Below are positions 10,519 to 19,818 of a DNA stretch of 64,000 nucleotides, piece by piece. Source of the stretch: Bacillota bacterium. Its GTDB lineage: Bacteria; Bacillota; Ch66; Ch109. Location of the stretch: the NCBI GenBank assembly GCA_050952625.1, contig JBMNLH010000001.1:1669503-1733502 (forward strand). The letters run 5' to 3'. Each line of letters starts with the position of its first letter. The first letter of the stretch is position 1. A model generated the notes under the pieces. That model ran no database searches and had not been told where the DNA came from. It saw only the letters and a list, made by a program, of their open reading frames with translations. The position numbers and the translations under genes were made by a program.

Positions 10519-11214
10519 CTATTTCTCCTTTAATCGGTAACCAATACCGCGAACAGTTTCAATGTAAATTGGACTTTTGGGGTCAAGCTCAATCTTATCC
10601 CGCAGACGACTTATGTGCACATCGACAATCCGAGTATCGCCAGAAAACTCGTAATCCCATACTTTGTCCAATAATACATCTCGGGTTAAAACCCGTCCGA
10701 CATTACGCATCAAGAAACGCAAGAGTTCAAATTCCTTGGGAGTAAGGGTAATTACTTCACCGCGAACTCGCACCTCGTAACGTTGAAGATCTATGGAAAG
10801 ATCACGAATAGCCATTATTTCTGATTTCTGCCCCTGGTCATTTTCTTGATCAGAACGGCGTAAGATCGCTTTAACTCTGGCCACCAGTTCCCGGGGGCTA
10901 AAAGGCTTGGTTACATAATCATCAGCCCCTAATTCTAAACCAAGTACCTTGTCAATCTCGGTGTCGCGGGCGGTTAACATGATTATTGGAACCCGAATGT
11001 TTTCCTGACGCAACCGACGGCAGACCTCCAAACCATCAATCGAAGGCAGCATTATGTCGAGAATCAACAGGTCAGGAGAATTTCGTTTAACTTGTTCCAA
11101 AGCAGATAAACCATCGTCTGCGGTGATTACGCAAAACCCTTCTTTCTCCAGGTTGTATGAAACTAATCGAACGATTGTCTCTTCGTCATCAACGACCAAT
11201 ATCCGTTTCCCCAA
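10519..11214 (-). CDS. phoP: OmpR-family response regulator PhoP/PhoB
   Basis: Receiver domain (VDDE, LDIMLP, KPF) plus wHTH (LTPKEFELL, TVRGIGY). Confidence 0.9.
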   Translation of the reverse strand: MGKRILVVDDEETIVRLVSYNLEKEGFCVITADDGLSALEQVKRNSPDLLILDIMLPSIDGLEVCRRLRQENIRVPIIMLTARDTEIDKVLGLELGADDYVTKPFSPRELVARVKAILRRSDQENDQGQKSEIMAIRDLSIDLQRYEVRVRGEVITLTPKEFELLRFLMRNVGRVLTRDVLLDKVWDYEFSGDTRIVDVHISRLRDKIELDPKSPIYIETVRGIGYRLKEK

Positions 11215-11281
11215 GTTTCTGCCCCCTTACTGGTTTTAAATCATGCCTACGGTTTGGTGTTTGAACAAAAATAATCCCCTT

Positions 11282-11417
11282 TTAGAAATATTTAATTTTC
11301 TTTGGAATAACCCCTCTAACGCTGCCCCTGGGGTCTTCCATATCTCCAGAATACCTTGGTATTAGATGCACATGAACGTGAGATATTGTCTGACCCGCGG
11401 CGTTACCGCAATTAACC
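11282..11417 (-). pseudogene. C-terminal fragment of a HIT family hydrolase
   Basis: Manual translation VNCGNAAGQTISHVHVHLIPRYSGDMEDPRGSVRGVIP...; no 5' part. Confidence 0.8.
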
Positions 11418-11512
11418 TTCAACCCTAAAAATGGTAAATCGACGCCGCAGACGGGCTTTGTTGGAGAATCTTGATAAACTTCAACGCAAGGCCTCCACGA
11501 ATTGGACCTTGG

Positions 11513-12733
11513 CTAACCATAATTTAAGTGCTTGCTCTTCATAATGATCTTTTCCTCAGATTTTACTGTTCTGCCATGCAATAAATAATACAATAACAGA
11601 CTTACTGCCACAATAATTGCCACGCCCATATACATTTCTCTGTAACTAGTGAAAAAAATAACTAATCCAAATATCAAAGGTCCGATTCCCATCCCTACGT
11701 CTGCTAACATGAAGAATGTAGAAGTTGCTAATCCCATTCGGTGCGGTTCAGTCGCCTTAACGGCAATAGCTTGACCACTAGACTGTATAGCTCCGTACCC
11801 CAGGCCAATAAGTGCCCCCGCCAATAAAATCATATAACCGTAATGAGCTTGACTAAAGGTGATCATCCCAATCATAAATATTAAAATTGCTGAGTACATT
11901 ATTAAATTTTCGCCCTTCGAGTCAAACAGTCGCCCAACAACCGGCCTTGAAAAAAAGATTACTGCTGCGAATACTACATAAAAGAAACTGGCGGCACCCA
12001 TCAAATTAATTTCTTTTGAATATACGGAAAGGAAAGAAATAACACTGGAATAACAAAAGAAAATAACCATACAAACCACGGAAATCGGAATGACCTTGGG
12101 TTCAAAGAAATTACTCAATTTGAATTCCTTCAATTCCGCTAATTGCTCTCTTGTTAATCTCTCATCCCCGGTAGATAAGAATAATGCAATCACAATGTTA
12201 AATGCCGAAACAATTGTACAGGCGGCAAAAATCATGCTGTAGCTGCCATGCTGACTGAAGAACATTCCTATGAATGGACCGATAGCCGATGCAACCGTTA
12301 CACTCAGACCGAAATATCCGATACCTTCGCCGCACCTGATCTTAGGAATAATATTCGCAACAATTGTCCCCGTTGCTGTACTGGCAATGCCAAATGATAT
12401 GCCATGAAGAAACCGAATAACTAGTAGAAGCATCACACTGTTAGCTACAAAATATAAGGACGTCGTAGCTAAACCTAAAATTAATCCTGTATAAAGTGTG
12501 TTTTGTTGACCTATAATTCCAATCCATTTTCCTGAAAGCAGACGGGCAATGAGTGCGCCAAATATAAAAATCCCGGCAGCAAGACCCGCTTCACTTGGCA
12601 ATGCTTTAAATTTATTCATGGCAAATTCAGAAATTATTATCATCAATAGATAAAAATTTAAAGCAATGGAGAAATTTACCAAAGAAATAATTACAAAATC
12701 TTTAGTCCATAACCCTATTTTTTCCAAATTCAT
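11513..12733 (-). CDS. MFS transporter
   Basis: About 12 hydrophobic segments, RFLHG and GRLFDSKG MFS loop motifs. Confidence 0.92.
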   Translation of the reverse strand: MNLEKIGLWTKDFVIISLVNFSIALNFYLLMIIISEFAMNKFKALPSEAGLAAGIFIFGALIARLLSGKWIGIIGQQNTLYTGLILGLATTSLYFVANSVMLLLVIRFLHGISFGIASTATGTIVANIIPKIRCGEGIGYFGLSVTVASAIGPFIGMFFSQHGSYSMIFAACTIVSAFNIVIALFLSTGDERLTREQLAELKEFKLSNFFEPKVIPISVVCMVIFFCYSSVISFLSVYSKEINLMGAASFFYVVFAAVIFFSRPVVGRLFDSKGENLIMYSAILIFMIGMITFSQAHYGYMILLAGALIGLGYGAIQSSGQAIAVKATEPHRMGLATSTFFMLADVGMGIGPLIFGLVIFFTSYREMYMGVAIIVAVSLLLYYLLHGRTVKSEEKIIMKSKHLNYG

Positions 12734-12764
12734 ACCATCTCTCTATAAATTTTCTTTTAAGGAA

Positions 12765-12986
12765 TCATCTCTTCGTGCCTTGTCGTCCAAAGCCATCACC
12801 GTACTTAATCGAATGGAGCTAGCCACCGGTTGCCCAGTTATCTCGCGGGTATTCGTCAATTACTACGGTTATCCAATCCATATCCACATCCAGTATTTTG
12901 GCAACTTCGCGAGTGATGGCCTCAACAAGCTGCTGTTTTTGTTCAGCTGAACGGCCATGAGCCATCTTAACGTTAATAAAGGGCAT
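12765..12986 (-). CDS. 4-oxalocrotonate tautomerase family protein with an internal TAG (55 aa, or 73 aa if read through)
   Basis: MPFINVKMAHGRSAEQKQQLVEAIT...NWATGG-TAG-LHSIKYGDGFGRQGTKR; Pro1 and GRS..QK motif; SD AGGAGG; absent from the ORF track. Confidence 0.85.
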
Positions 12987-13118
12987 ATTACGATTGGACC
13001 TCCTATGAAGAATTTTATAATTATGTTATTGATGTTTTTCTTGAAAATCCTGCCTAGCTTTGTAGTTGTTTATAAACTAATAATGCCAGGCATTTTTATT
13101 TAACACCGCCCTTAGGTA

Positions 13119-13190
13119 TTGACAAATATTTATTTTTATGTTATATTAAATTTTTATATACATTGACTTAGATAATAAATTTGGTATACT
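13119..13190 (+). promoter_or_regulatory. Tandem sigma-A-like promoters
   Basis: TTGACA-N17-TATATT (13119-13147, TG extended) and TTGACT-N16-TATACT (13163-13190). Confidence 0.6.
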
Positions 13191-13248
13191 TCTTTTTAGA
13201 ATAGTAGCCTGATGAATTAAAAACACTATTTAAAAAGGAGGATTATCA

Positions 13249-14181
13249 ATGGAAGAAAATCAGATCAGCCTTACCGCGATAATGAGTGCCTACATTCGAG
13301 CCTTCCATGCTATGTACGATACCCCCAAGATCTTTGATGACTTTCTAGCCTATAGTTTTATTCCTCAAGAACGGCGAACGATTATAGAACAAGCCCTAGT
13401 GAAATCGCTTCAATTAAAAGATCCTGAACGCGCTGCATTATGCCCTGATCAAGCAACCGCTTTAGCCTGGGCAATCCGCACTATGACTGGTCCAGCCACC
13501 ACTCTTAGCCGTTCTCGCTATACAGAAGATAATCTTAAAAAAGCGATCAGTAAGGGTATACGGCAGTATGTAATCCTAGGGGCCGGGCTGGATACCTTTA
13601 CCTTTCGCTACCCGACATTGACTGAGCAACTTCAGGTATTCGAGGTTGACCATCCCGCTACACAGACCTTTAAGCGCAGTCGATTGGCTGAGTTAGGTTG
13701 GGAACTTCCGGCCCAACTACACTTTGTTCCATTCGATTTTAGAAAGGATAATCTAACAACAGCGCTCACCGCATCAGGTTATGATCCGCAGGTTAAAAGC
13801 TTCTTTAGCTGGCTTGGTGTAACCATGTACTTAACCCGCGCTGAAATTTTCGCAACACTGCGTTCCATTGCCAGCATCGCTCCAGCGGGGAGTATGGTTA
13901 TTTTAGATTACCTAAATATTGAGGCGTTTATACCCGAAAAATTGACTCCTCGTGGTCGGGAAATGTTATTATTATCACAACAGGCGGGTGAGCAAATGAA
14001 AACAGGCTTCGATCCTGTAACGCTGGCCGCAGACCTAAAAAGCTTAGGATTCCATCTTCATGAAAACTTAAGCCCAGCAGACATCCAAGAACTCTATTTT
14101 CAAGGGCGAACGGATGGCTATTATGCATCTGAACATTTACACTTTGCATGGGCAGTAGTTGAAGCTCCGCCACGTTTTTAA
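13249..14181 (+). CDS. Class I SAM-dependent methyltransferase (LCM/Rv0731c-like)
   Basis: RSRYTED, QYVILGAGLDT, VFEVDHP, LGVTMYL. Confidence 0.9.
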   Translation: MEENQISLTAIMSAYIRAFHAMYDTPKIFDDFLAYSFIPQERRTIIEQALVKSLQLKDPERAALCPDQATALAWAIRTMTGPATTLSRSRYTEDNLKKAISKGIRQYVILGAGLDTFTFRYPTLTEQLQVFEVDHPATQTFKRSRLAELGWELPAQLHFVPFDFRKDNLTTALTASGYDPQVKSFFSWLGVTMYLTRAEIFATLRSIASIAPAGSMVILDYLNIEAFIPEKLTPRGREMLLLSQQAGEQMKTGFDPVTLAADLKSLGFHLHENLSPADIQELYFQGRTDGYYASEHLHFAWAVVEAPPRF

Positions 14182-14197
14182 AATGTTCTAGGGGGGG

Positions 14198-14488
14198 TTA
14201 AATAGTAAGCAATTCTCCCAACCTTTCAATTAAATTATCGAGTTTTAGTTTCCACTCTAAGTTTGTTAATACCAGCTTAAACGTTGTCTTTCCGACTACA
14301 CCCTTAAGATAAAAGTCCTTATTCATTAACCTAAAAAAAGGTATAGGTAAATTCTCAAACAATTCTAGTTTTCCCATTACTGTCAGTTGACGAACGTTAC
14401 TAAGGGTTAACGGAGAATCTAGGGCAACTTCATAGATAAATGCCCCATCCAAGCAGTCTTCAACAACTGTCAGCTTGAGGATCTTCAT
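14198..14488 (-). CDS. Hypothetical 96-aa protein coupled to the aminotransferase
   Basis: ATG 14488 overlaps the upstream stop (ATGA); MKILKLTVVEDCLDG... Confidence 0.7.
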   Translation of the reverse strand: MKILKLTVVEDCLDGAFIYEVALDSPLTLSNVRQLTVMGKLELFENLPIPFFRLMNKDFYLKGVVGKTTFKLVLTNLEWKLKLDNLIERLGELLTI

Positions 14489-15660
14489 GATATTTTCTCC
14501 AGTGCCAAAGTTCGGATAGCCGATGCTACTTCTAACATATCCTGCTCGGTATTGAAAATACCTACGCTTATTCGAACAGAACCTTTGGGCATGCCCATTG
14601 CCGTATGAATCATCGGTGCACAGTGCAATCCGGTCCGGCATATAATACCAAACGAATCTCGCAAGATATCACTAACATCATTTGGTATCCAGTTAATTAA
14701 ATTACAACACAATACTCCCGCTAAATAATCCTCCTTAAGGGGAGGATAGCAAATAAAATAAGGTATCCCTTTCAAGTTTTCCAGAAGAAATTTAATTAAT
14801 CGATGTTTATGGGCGGCAATGTGCTCAACACCCTTTTCCAGTACAAAGTTTAATCCCGCAGCCAAACCGGCAAATCCCGGCAGATTCATCGTACCCGCTT
14901 CATAGTAGATGGGCAATTGCCTGGGCTGAGTCAGACTTTCACTCTTAAATCCGGTCCCCCCCTGAATGAGCGGTGTAAAGTTCTCAAAATCAAACCCTTC
15001 ACCAACATATAAAGCCCCTGTCCCGGCTGGTCCCATAAGTCCTTTATGCCCGGCAAAGGCTATTAATGACTTCATCGGTAATTCGCCAACATCTATAGTT
15101 ACTGTACCGGCTGCTTGAGCAGCATCTACAATTAAGCTTAGCTGACGCTCTCGACAAATTTCAGCAATACTAGTTAAATCCGGCATTACTCCATTAACAT
15201 TTGAGCAGGCGGTTAAAGCGATAATCCGGGTATTGGGTTTAATAAATTTAGGATACCGATCAGGAGATAGAGCATCTTCGTAAGGTAAATAGGTTACTTC
15301 AATATGTCCCTGACGCCGCAGATGTTCTAATGGCCTAAGCATTGAGTTATGCTCAAGCACTGTTGTAATCACATGTATGGGTTTCTGCTCGTTCCAGCAA
15401 CATCCGTAAATAGCTAAATTCAAAGAATACGTTGCTCCAGGGGTTAAGATTATCCGGTTAGTCTCTCGCGCTCTGATTAAGAGGGCTAAATTCTGACGAC
15501 AAAGTTTAAGTACGTCTATATCACCACCTAGGCCGCGCCCCGGGTCAAAGGGCACGGCCTTTAGCAATCGGTTAACTTCTTGGATAACACAATCTGGTTT
15601 GGGAAAAGTCGTCGCTGCGTTATTCACATAAATGACTTTTTTGGCATGTTCAAAACCCAT
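14485..15660 (-). CDS. Class V PLP aminotransferase, cysteine desulfurase/selenocysteine lyase-like
   Basis: NNAATT, EHNS, DAAQ, GHKGLMGP (PLP Lys), RTGLHCAP (persulfide Cys). Confidence 0.92.
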   Translation of the reverse strand: MGFEHAKKVIYVNNAATTFPKPDCVIQEVNRLLKAVPFDPGRGLGGDIDVLKLCRQNLALLIRARETNRIILTPGATYSLNLAIYGCCWNEQKPIHVITTVLEHNSMLRPLEHLRRQGHIEVTYLPYEDALSPDRYPKFIKPNTRIIALTACSNVNGVMPDLTSIAEICRERQLSLIVDAAQAAGTVTIDVGELPMKSLIAFAGHKGLMGPAGTGALYVGEGFDFENFTPLIQGGTGFKSESLTQPRQLPIYYEAGTMNLPGFAGLAAGLNFVLEKGVEHIAAHKHRLIKFLLENLKGIPYFICYPPLKEDYLAGVLCCNLINWIPNDVSDILRDSFGIICRTGLHCAPMIHTAMGMPKGSVRISVGIFNTEQDMLEVASAIRTLALEKIS

Positions 15661-15694
15661 CCTAACCCACCATTTATACCTACACTCAATAACC

Positions 15695-15746
15695 TATAGC
15701 ACATATGTTCTGGATTATAGCACAATTATAGCACATATGTTCTGGA
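15695..15746 (-). promoter_or_regulatory. Duplicated 20-bp promoter/operator unit containing a LexA-like box
   Basis: TATAGCACATATGTTCTGGA at 15695 and 15727. Minus strand reads GAAC-ATAT-GTGC overlapping TGCTATAAT. Confidence 0.55.
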
Positions 15747-15751
15747 AAATT

Positions 15752-15819
15752 AGAAAACGGGCGATTCATCCCCTTTCTACACCTGTGGTGTTGAGGAAGG
15801 GGACTTCTCGCCGATTTCT
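15752..15819 (-). terminator. Long imperfect hairpin after the V4R operon
   Basis: AGAAAACGGGCGA..TCCCCTTTC / GGAAGGGGA..TCGCCGATTTCT inverted repeat. Confidence 0.55.
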
Positions 15820-15829
15820 GTTAAATTAA

Positions 15830-16426
15830 TCAGTTATTACGGGTTATAACAAACTCTCCGTAATCATCCCCACATTCAATTCCTTTTACTTGCTCACATT
15901 TAAAGGTCCCTAATCCATTCGGGTATGGAGCACCATATGCCAAATCCATAAATGCGGCGCTAACACCGGCAATCATGGCCGCCATCGGAATATGGCTCTT
16001 ACCATACAGCACTATGTCGGCTTCGTAATAATCATAAGCCCTTAACACCATTTTTTCGTTTGGAATCAGTTCTTCAATCTCAGCTTTACCCCAGCCCCAG
16101 GCAGTAAAAACTGCAAAAGCTCCGTGCAAGATGTCTTCTGGCTCTCGCTTTACATGAGGCTTTACCACGGCCTCCCATTCATCCGAAGTAATAATCCCGT
16201 ACCCGGTATGATAGCCGCATTCGTTAGCAGCATTATACAAAAGATAAAAAGCCACCTCTTGTAGCTCTTCCGGAACTGAATTTATAATCCGGTCAGCAAA
16301 ATCATTCCAAAAAGCAGCCGGTAATTGGTTAACAAGAATTCCAAAAGCTTCAATTAGTCCGCTATCATTACTGGAAACACTTATTCTCGAAGTATCCTCA
16401 ATAACCTGTTTTCGATTAAAGCCCAT
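15830..16426 (-). CDS. V4R (4-vinyl reductase/Bet3-like) domain protein
   Basis: AWGWGKAEI, IAGVSAAFM, C-terminal EQVKGIECGDDYGEF typical of the V4R fold. Confidence 0.75.
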   Translation of the reverse strand: MGFNRKQVIEDTSRISVSSNDSGLIEAFGILVNQLPAAFWNDFADRIINSVPEELQEVAFYLLYNAANECGYHTGYGIITSDEWEAVVKPHVKREPEDILHGAFAVFTAWGWGKAEIEELIPNEKMVLRAYDYYEADIVLYGKSHIPMAAMIAGVSAAFMDLAYGAPYPNGLGTFKCEQVKGIECGDDYGEFVITRNN

Positions 16427-16467
16427 AATCTCTCCCCCTAATTTACAACACTAGGAACGATCAACAA

Positions 16468-17010
16468 TTACTGCCTAACAATCTTAAATCTGGATGCGTT
16501 TGCTCCACAGACAATACTATCTACTTCAAATACTTCATAACTTTTTTCCGGGAGTTCAAAGAGAATCGAAAAAACCGCTGCCAGATACCCGCGAGTTATA
16601 TGGTTTACAGGGGTTAAATTAGTCCCGAATTTTTTAATCCATCCTTCGTCAATATGAGATCGCTTCATCTCTACATAACCGCTGGATTCTCCAGCCTTAA
16701 TAATCTTAAGAGAGCCCATGCCCACATAGGCCCAATAAGCTTCAGCAATTTTAATTTTATCTTCTAATTCATTGATTCCATTTTCCACCATATATTTTTG
16801 TAAAATCTTAAAAAAAGTATGTTCTGCTGAATCTGTTAACAATTTTTTACCATCAAAAATCTCCGCGTCTTCGGCTAATCGAGTATAAAGGGCTGCATAA
16901 TGATGACAGTGCAGAACTGTTAGTTCTTTATTAAAATAGTGACGGCACCGCTGCCGGTCAAATTTGTGCGTTACTTCAAACTGGGTTTCTTTACGTACAA
17001 CCACTTTCAT
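16468..17010 (-). CDS. V4R domain protein with HCHHY motif
   Basis: YVGMGSLKI, ITRGYLAAVF, EVDSIVCGANASRF. Start is ATG 17010 or GTG 17004. Confidence 0.75.
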   Translation of the reverse strand: MKVVVRKETQFEVTHKFDRQRCRHYFNKELTVLHCHHYAALYTRLAEDAEIFDGKKLLTDSAEHTFFKILQKYMVENGINELEDKIKIAEAYWAYVGMGSLKIIKAGESSGYVEMKRSHIDEGWIKKFGTNLTPVNHITRGYLAAVFSILFELPEKSYEVFEVDSIVCGANASRFKIVRQ

Positions 17011-17023
17011 TCTCCTTCCTATG

Positions 17024-17218
17024 TTAGAATTCTGGTACATTTGAAGTGTTAAGCAAATCCATCAATGCTTGCTTAAACTTCTGGATATTTTCAGAGGTGT
17101 CTGGAGCAGTAGCTGCATTTTTTGAAGGTAAACCAGTTTTCATCGCTAGACGCATTTGTAAATTTAAACCGCCCTTTTCTTTTGCGTAGTCATAATACTT
17201 CATAAGTTTTTGGCCCAA
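17024..17218 (-). CDS. Small 64-aa helical protein heading the V4R operon
   Basis: TTG at 17218 lies 6 nt after GGAGGA; MGQKLMKYYDYAKEKGGLNLQMRLAMKTGLPS... Confidence 0.75.
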   Translation of the reverse strand: MGQKLMKYYDYAKEKGGLNLQMRLAMKTGLPSKNAATAPDTSENIQKFKQALMDLLNTSNVPEF

Positions 17219-17419
17219 AAAAACTCCTCCTACTTTAATATGTGCAAAAACCAATCTCCTAACGTTTGTCACAATTTTATTTATTTTTATATATTTCTAC
17301 AAACAATGACTAAATTCCTGCCAAATTAAACCGGTATTGGGATATATTTATCTGAATGTCCCAGTCAAAGATGCCTAGTTTTGGCTATGACTCACGCTAA
17401 CACCGGACATGCTTCCGCT

Positions 17420-17525
17420 TTAGGTCAATAGATTCTTGATAGATGTCAGTGTAGTTTTTGAATCTTTGATTAGATCGTCGCTGAAAGCCGCTATGTCACT
17501 GCCCGTCACTTCCAGGGCGTGACAG
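17420..17525 (-). pseudogene. C-terminal fragment of a DUF1048-like protein
   Basis: LEVTGSDIAAFSDDLIKDSKT resembles the DUF1048 C-terminus. Confidence 0.5.
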
Positions 17526-17606
17526 TGGAGCAGAAGCATTTCGAAAAAGAAGTAAGGCGCTCCCACATTTGACGTGGAACGCCTTGCTTTAATTTTGTGT
17601 TTCGAC

Positions 17607-17747
17607 TTTAATCCGGCCTTCAAACACTACAGTCGAAACCATTTTGCTTCAAGCTTATACCAGCCACCTTGCGGGTCAGCCTGCTTAGCACTTCCGTCTT
17701 CATTGATATCAAGGGGTGTATATCTAAATAGCCAAGTTCTGGGTGAT
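17607..17747 (-). pseudogene. Frameshifted fragment of a lincosamide nucleotidyltransferase-like gene
   Basis: Across frames: DHPELGYLDIHPL / NEDGSAKQADPQGGWY...WF / STVVFEGR, resembling the Lnu(A)/(C) C-terminal half. Confidence 0.65.
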
Positions 17748-17794
17748 CAATGCTTTCTTGTAACGCAAACCAAGAGTACTCATGTTTTTCAATG

Positions 17795-19711
17795 CTATCG
17801 AAGAATCTTAACAGTCCGTGTGTCAGCATACCAGGTGACTTCTCCACCCAGAGACTCGGAAATGAATCTGATGGGAACCATGGCGCGACCGTTTATGATC
17901 TGAGCAGGGACATCGAGTCCGGGCCCAGTCTGACCGATTACCAGACGCAGTTCCTGGCCGTCCAGCGTAATTACCACCGTTCGGATCTCTTCCAGCCAAT
18001 CCACCTGAGCCCCAAAGGCTTCCCCAATAAAACGTATCGGCACCATGGTGCGTCCTTCAATGATCATAGGCGGAACGTCAAGGGTCTGGGGTGTATTATT
18101 GACCAGAGCAACAGGATTATCGATGGTCATAAGAATCGTTAAAGCTACAGGCTGGCCGGGAGGCGAAGTGTTGTCGCCAGTTGATGAGGTGCCGGGCATG
18201 GTTGAATCACCCAGCCCAGAAAGCCCGGGAGGCAGGGGGATGTTTGGATGAGTCGCGGCAAAGTATTCTGACAATGAGACGGTCCGCGAATTAGTCCCGG
18301 GCAAATCTCCAGGTAGCGGAATCGGGTCCGTATTGGTCCCGGGCAAATCTCCAGGAAGTGTTATTGACCCCGGGCGAGGACTGAGGAATTGTTTAACTGT
18401 GACGGGGATGGCAGTGCTGGAGAACTCCGACACCACTCCGGATAAAGCCGCCTTTATTTCACAATCGCCCTTATTGACAGCGGTAATGAGCCCGGTGGCA
18501 TCTATCCGGGCAACATCCTCGTTGGAGCTGTAAAATTCCAGCTTGGTAAAGTCAGCCTCAGCCACAGTATTCCAAACCCAGCCGTTTATAGTCCGTTGAA
18601 TAGCCACCGCAGATGTCTTAAGCTGCAAAGTGTCTCCAGGAATAAGCTGTACCGGATCTCCTGTATAAACCAGCCGGAATTGGGGGCTAAGTCTCTTTTC
18701 AGCGGCTGGACAGGCAGCTAGTTTGCTTTTTAGGGGATCTGCAAATATGTTGAGATAGTTGTTATGACAATTGATTTCTTTGATTACAGCGGGCAGATCC
18801 GGCAGGGAAGTCAATTTGTTATTGCTGCAATCCATATACTTGATTGTATCTGGTAAATTATCAAGGCTTGATAAATCATTGTTATCGCATCTGAACCACC
18901 ATAAAGATTTCTGGGGCAAGGCGGGCAATTCAGTCAAATTGTTGCTGTAGCAAAGCAAAACACTCAAGTTGGCTGGCAAATCGGGAAGACTCGATATCTG
19001 GTTCTCTGAGCAATCAAGAGTTTCTAGCCGGGAGGGGAGCTCCGGCAAACTAAGTAGGTCATTATTATAGGCATCCAGATATTCCAGGTTAGGGGGGAGG
19101 GCAGGCAAAAACCGCAGCTTATTGCTAAAGCAGTCCAGCACAGTTAGCTTGCCCGGTAATGCCGGCAGGCTAGTCAGTTCATTGCGGTAACAGTACAACT
19201 TCTCCAGACCGGCAGGCAAAGCAGGTAAGCTCCGCAGCTTATTCTGGCTGCAACTCAGGAAAGTCACCCTGTCCGGTAATGCCGGCAGGCTGGTCAATTG
19301 ATTGCCACTACAGGTAAGATGCTCCAGAGTGGCAGGCAAAGCTGGCAGGTTCTGCAACTGATTATATCCACAGTCTAGGACAGTCAGCCCCGCCGGCAAG
19401 GATGGCAAACTGGTGAGTTCATTTCCCCAACAGACCAGTTGTTTTAGTGTGGGAGGCAAAGCCGGCAAGCTATCCAGTTCATTATTTTGACAATACAAAA
19501 CAGTCAGCCCCGCTGGCAACTCTGGCAAGCTGATAGTTTGACTGCCGTAAATGTACAACTGTTCCAAAGTGGAAGGCAGCTTGGGGCAAATGGTGACGTT
19601 GTTGTAGGCGCAGCTAAATACCTTTAACCCTTCAAAGTATTCAAGGCCAGCCAGACTGTTTATTAATTCATTCCTCCTGTAAACTTCGAATTTATAATCC
19701 TTTTCCGGCAT
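17795..19711 (-). CDS. Leucine-rich repeat surface protein (20-aa LRRs, Ig-like Big2, Pro/Gly linker, copper-amine-oxidase-N/stalk domain), 5'-truncated
   Basis: Many LxxLxCxxNxLxxLPxLP repeats, SSNEDVARIDATGLITAV, GRTMVPIRFI repeats. The frame continues upstream (FTDPAFKQFV) without a signal peptide. Confidence 0.85.
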   Translation of the reverse strand: MPEKDYKFEVYRRNELINSLAGLEYFEGLKVFSCAYNNVTICPKLPSTLEQLYIYGSQTISLPELPAGLTVLYCQNNELDSLPALPPTLKQLVCWGNELTSLPSLPAGLTVLDCGYNQLQNLPALPATLEHLTCSGNQLTSLPALPDRVTFLSCSQNKLRSLPALPAGLEKLYCYRNELTSLPALPGKLTVLDCFSNKLRFLPALPPNLEYLDAYNNDLLSLPELPSRLETLDCSENQISSLPDLPANLSVLLCYSNNLTELPALPQKSLWWFRCDNNDLSSLDNLPDTIKYMDCSNNKLTSLPDLPAVIKEINCHNNYLNIFADPLKSKLAACPAAEKRLSPQFRLVYTGDPVQLIPGDTLQLKTSAVAIQRTINGWVWNTVAEADFTKLEFYSSNEDVARIDATGLITAVNKGDCEIKAALSGVVSEFSSTAIPVTVKQFLSPRPGSITLPGDLPGTNTDPIPLPGDLPGTNSRTVSLSEYFAATHPNIPLPPGLSGLGDSTMPGTSSTGDNTSPPGQPVALTILMTIDNPVALVNNTPQTLDVPPMIIEGRTMVPIRFIGEAFGAQVDWLEEIRTVVITLDGQELRLVIGQTGPGLDVPAQIINGRAMVPIRFISESLGGEVTWYADTRTVKILR

Positions 19712-19818
19712 ACGGTCTCTAATGTCCTTCGCTGTAAAGTTGCCTGGTGTGCCGCTATGGCCCAGCCATTCCCAAACAAATTGTTTAAATGCGGGGTCAG
19801 TAAATTTATCGCCAATAA

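Noticed and set aside
14489-14641. N-terminal extension of the 147-aa ORF
   Set aside because: Overlaps the aminotransferase in another frame; ATGA coupling supports a start at 14488
18760-19600. 60-bp periodic DNA repeats
   Set aside because: Fully explained by the LRR coding repeats; no reverse transcriptase or template/variable repeat pair to suggest a DGR
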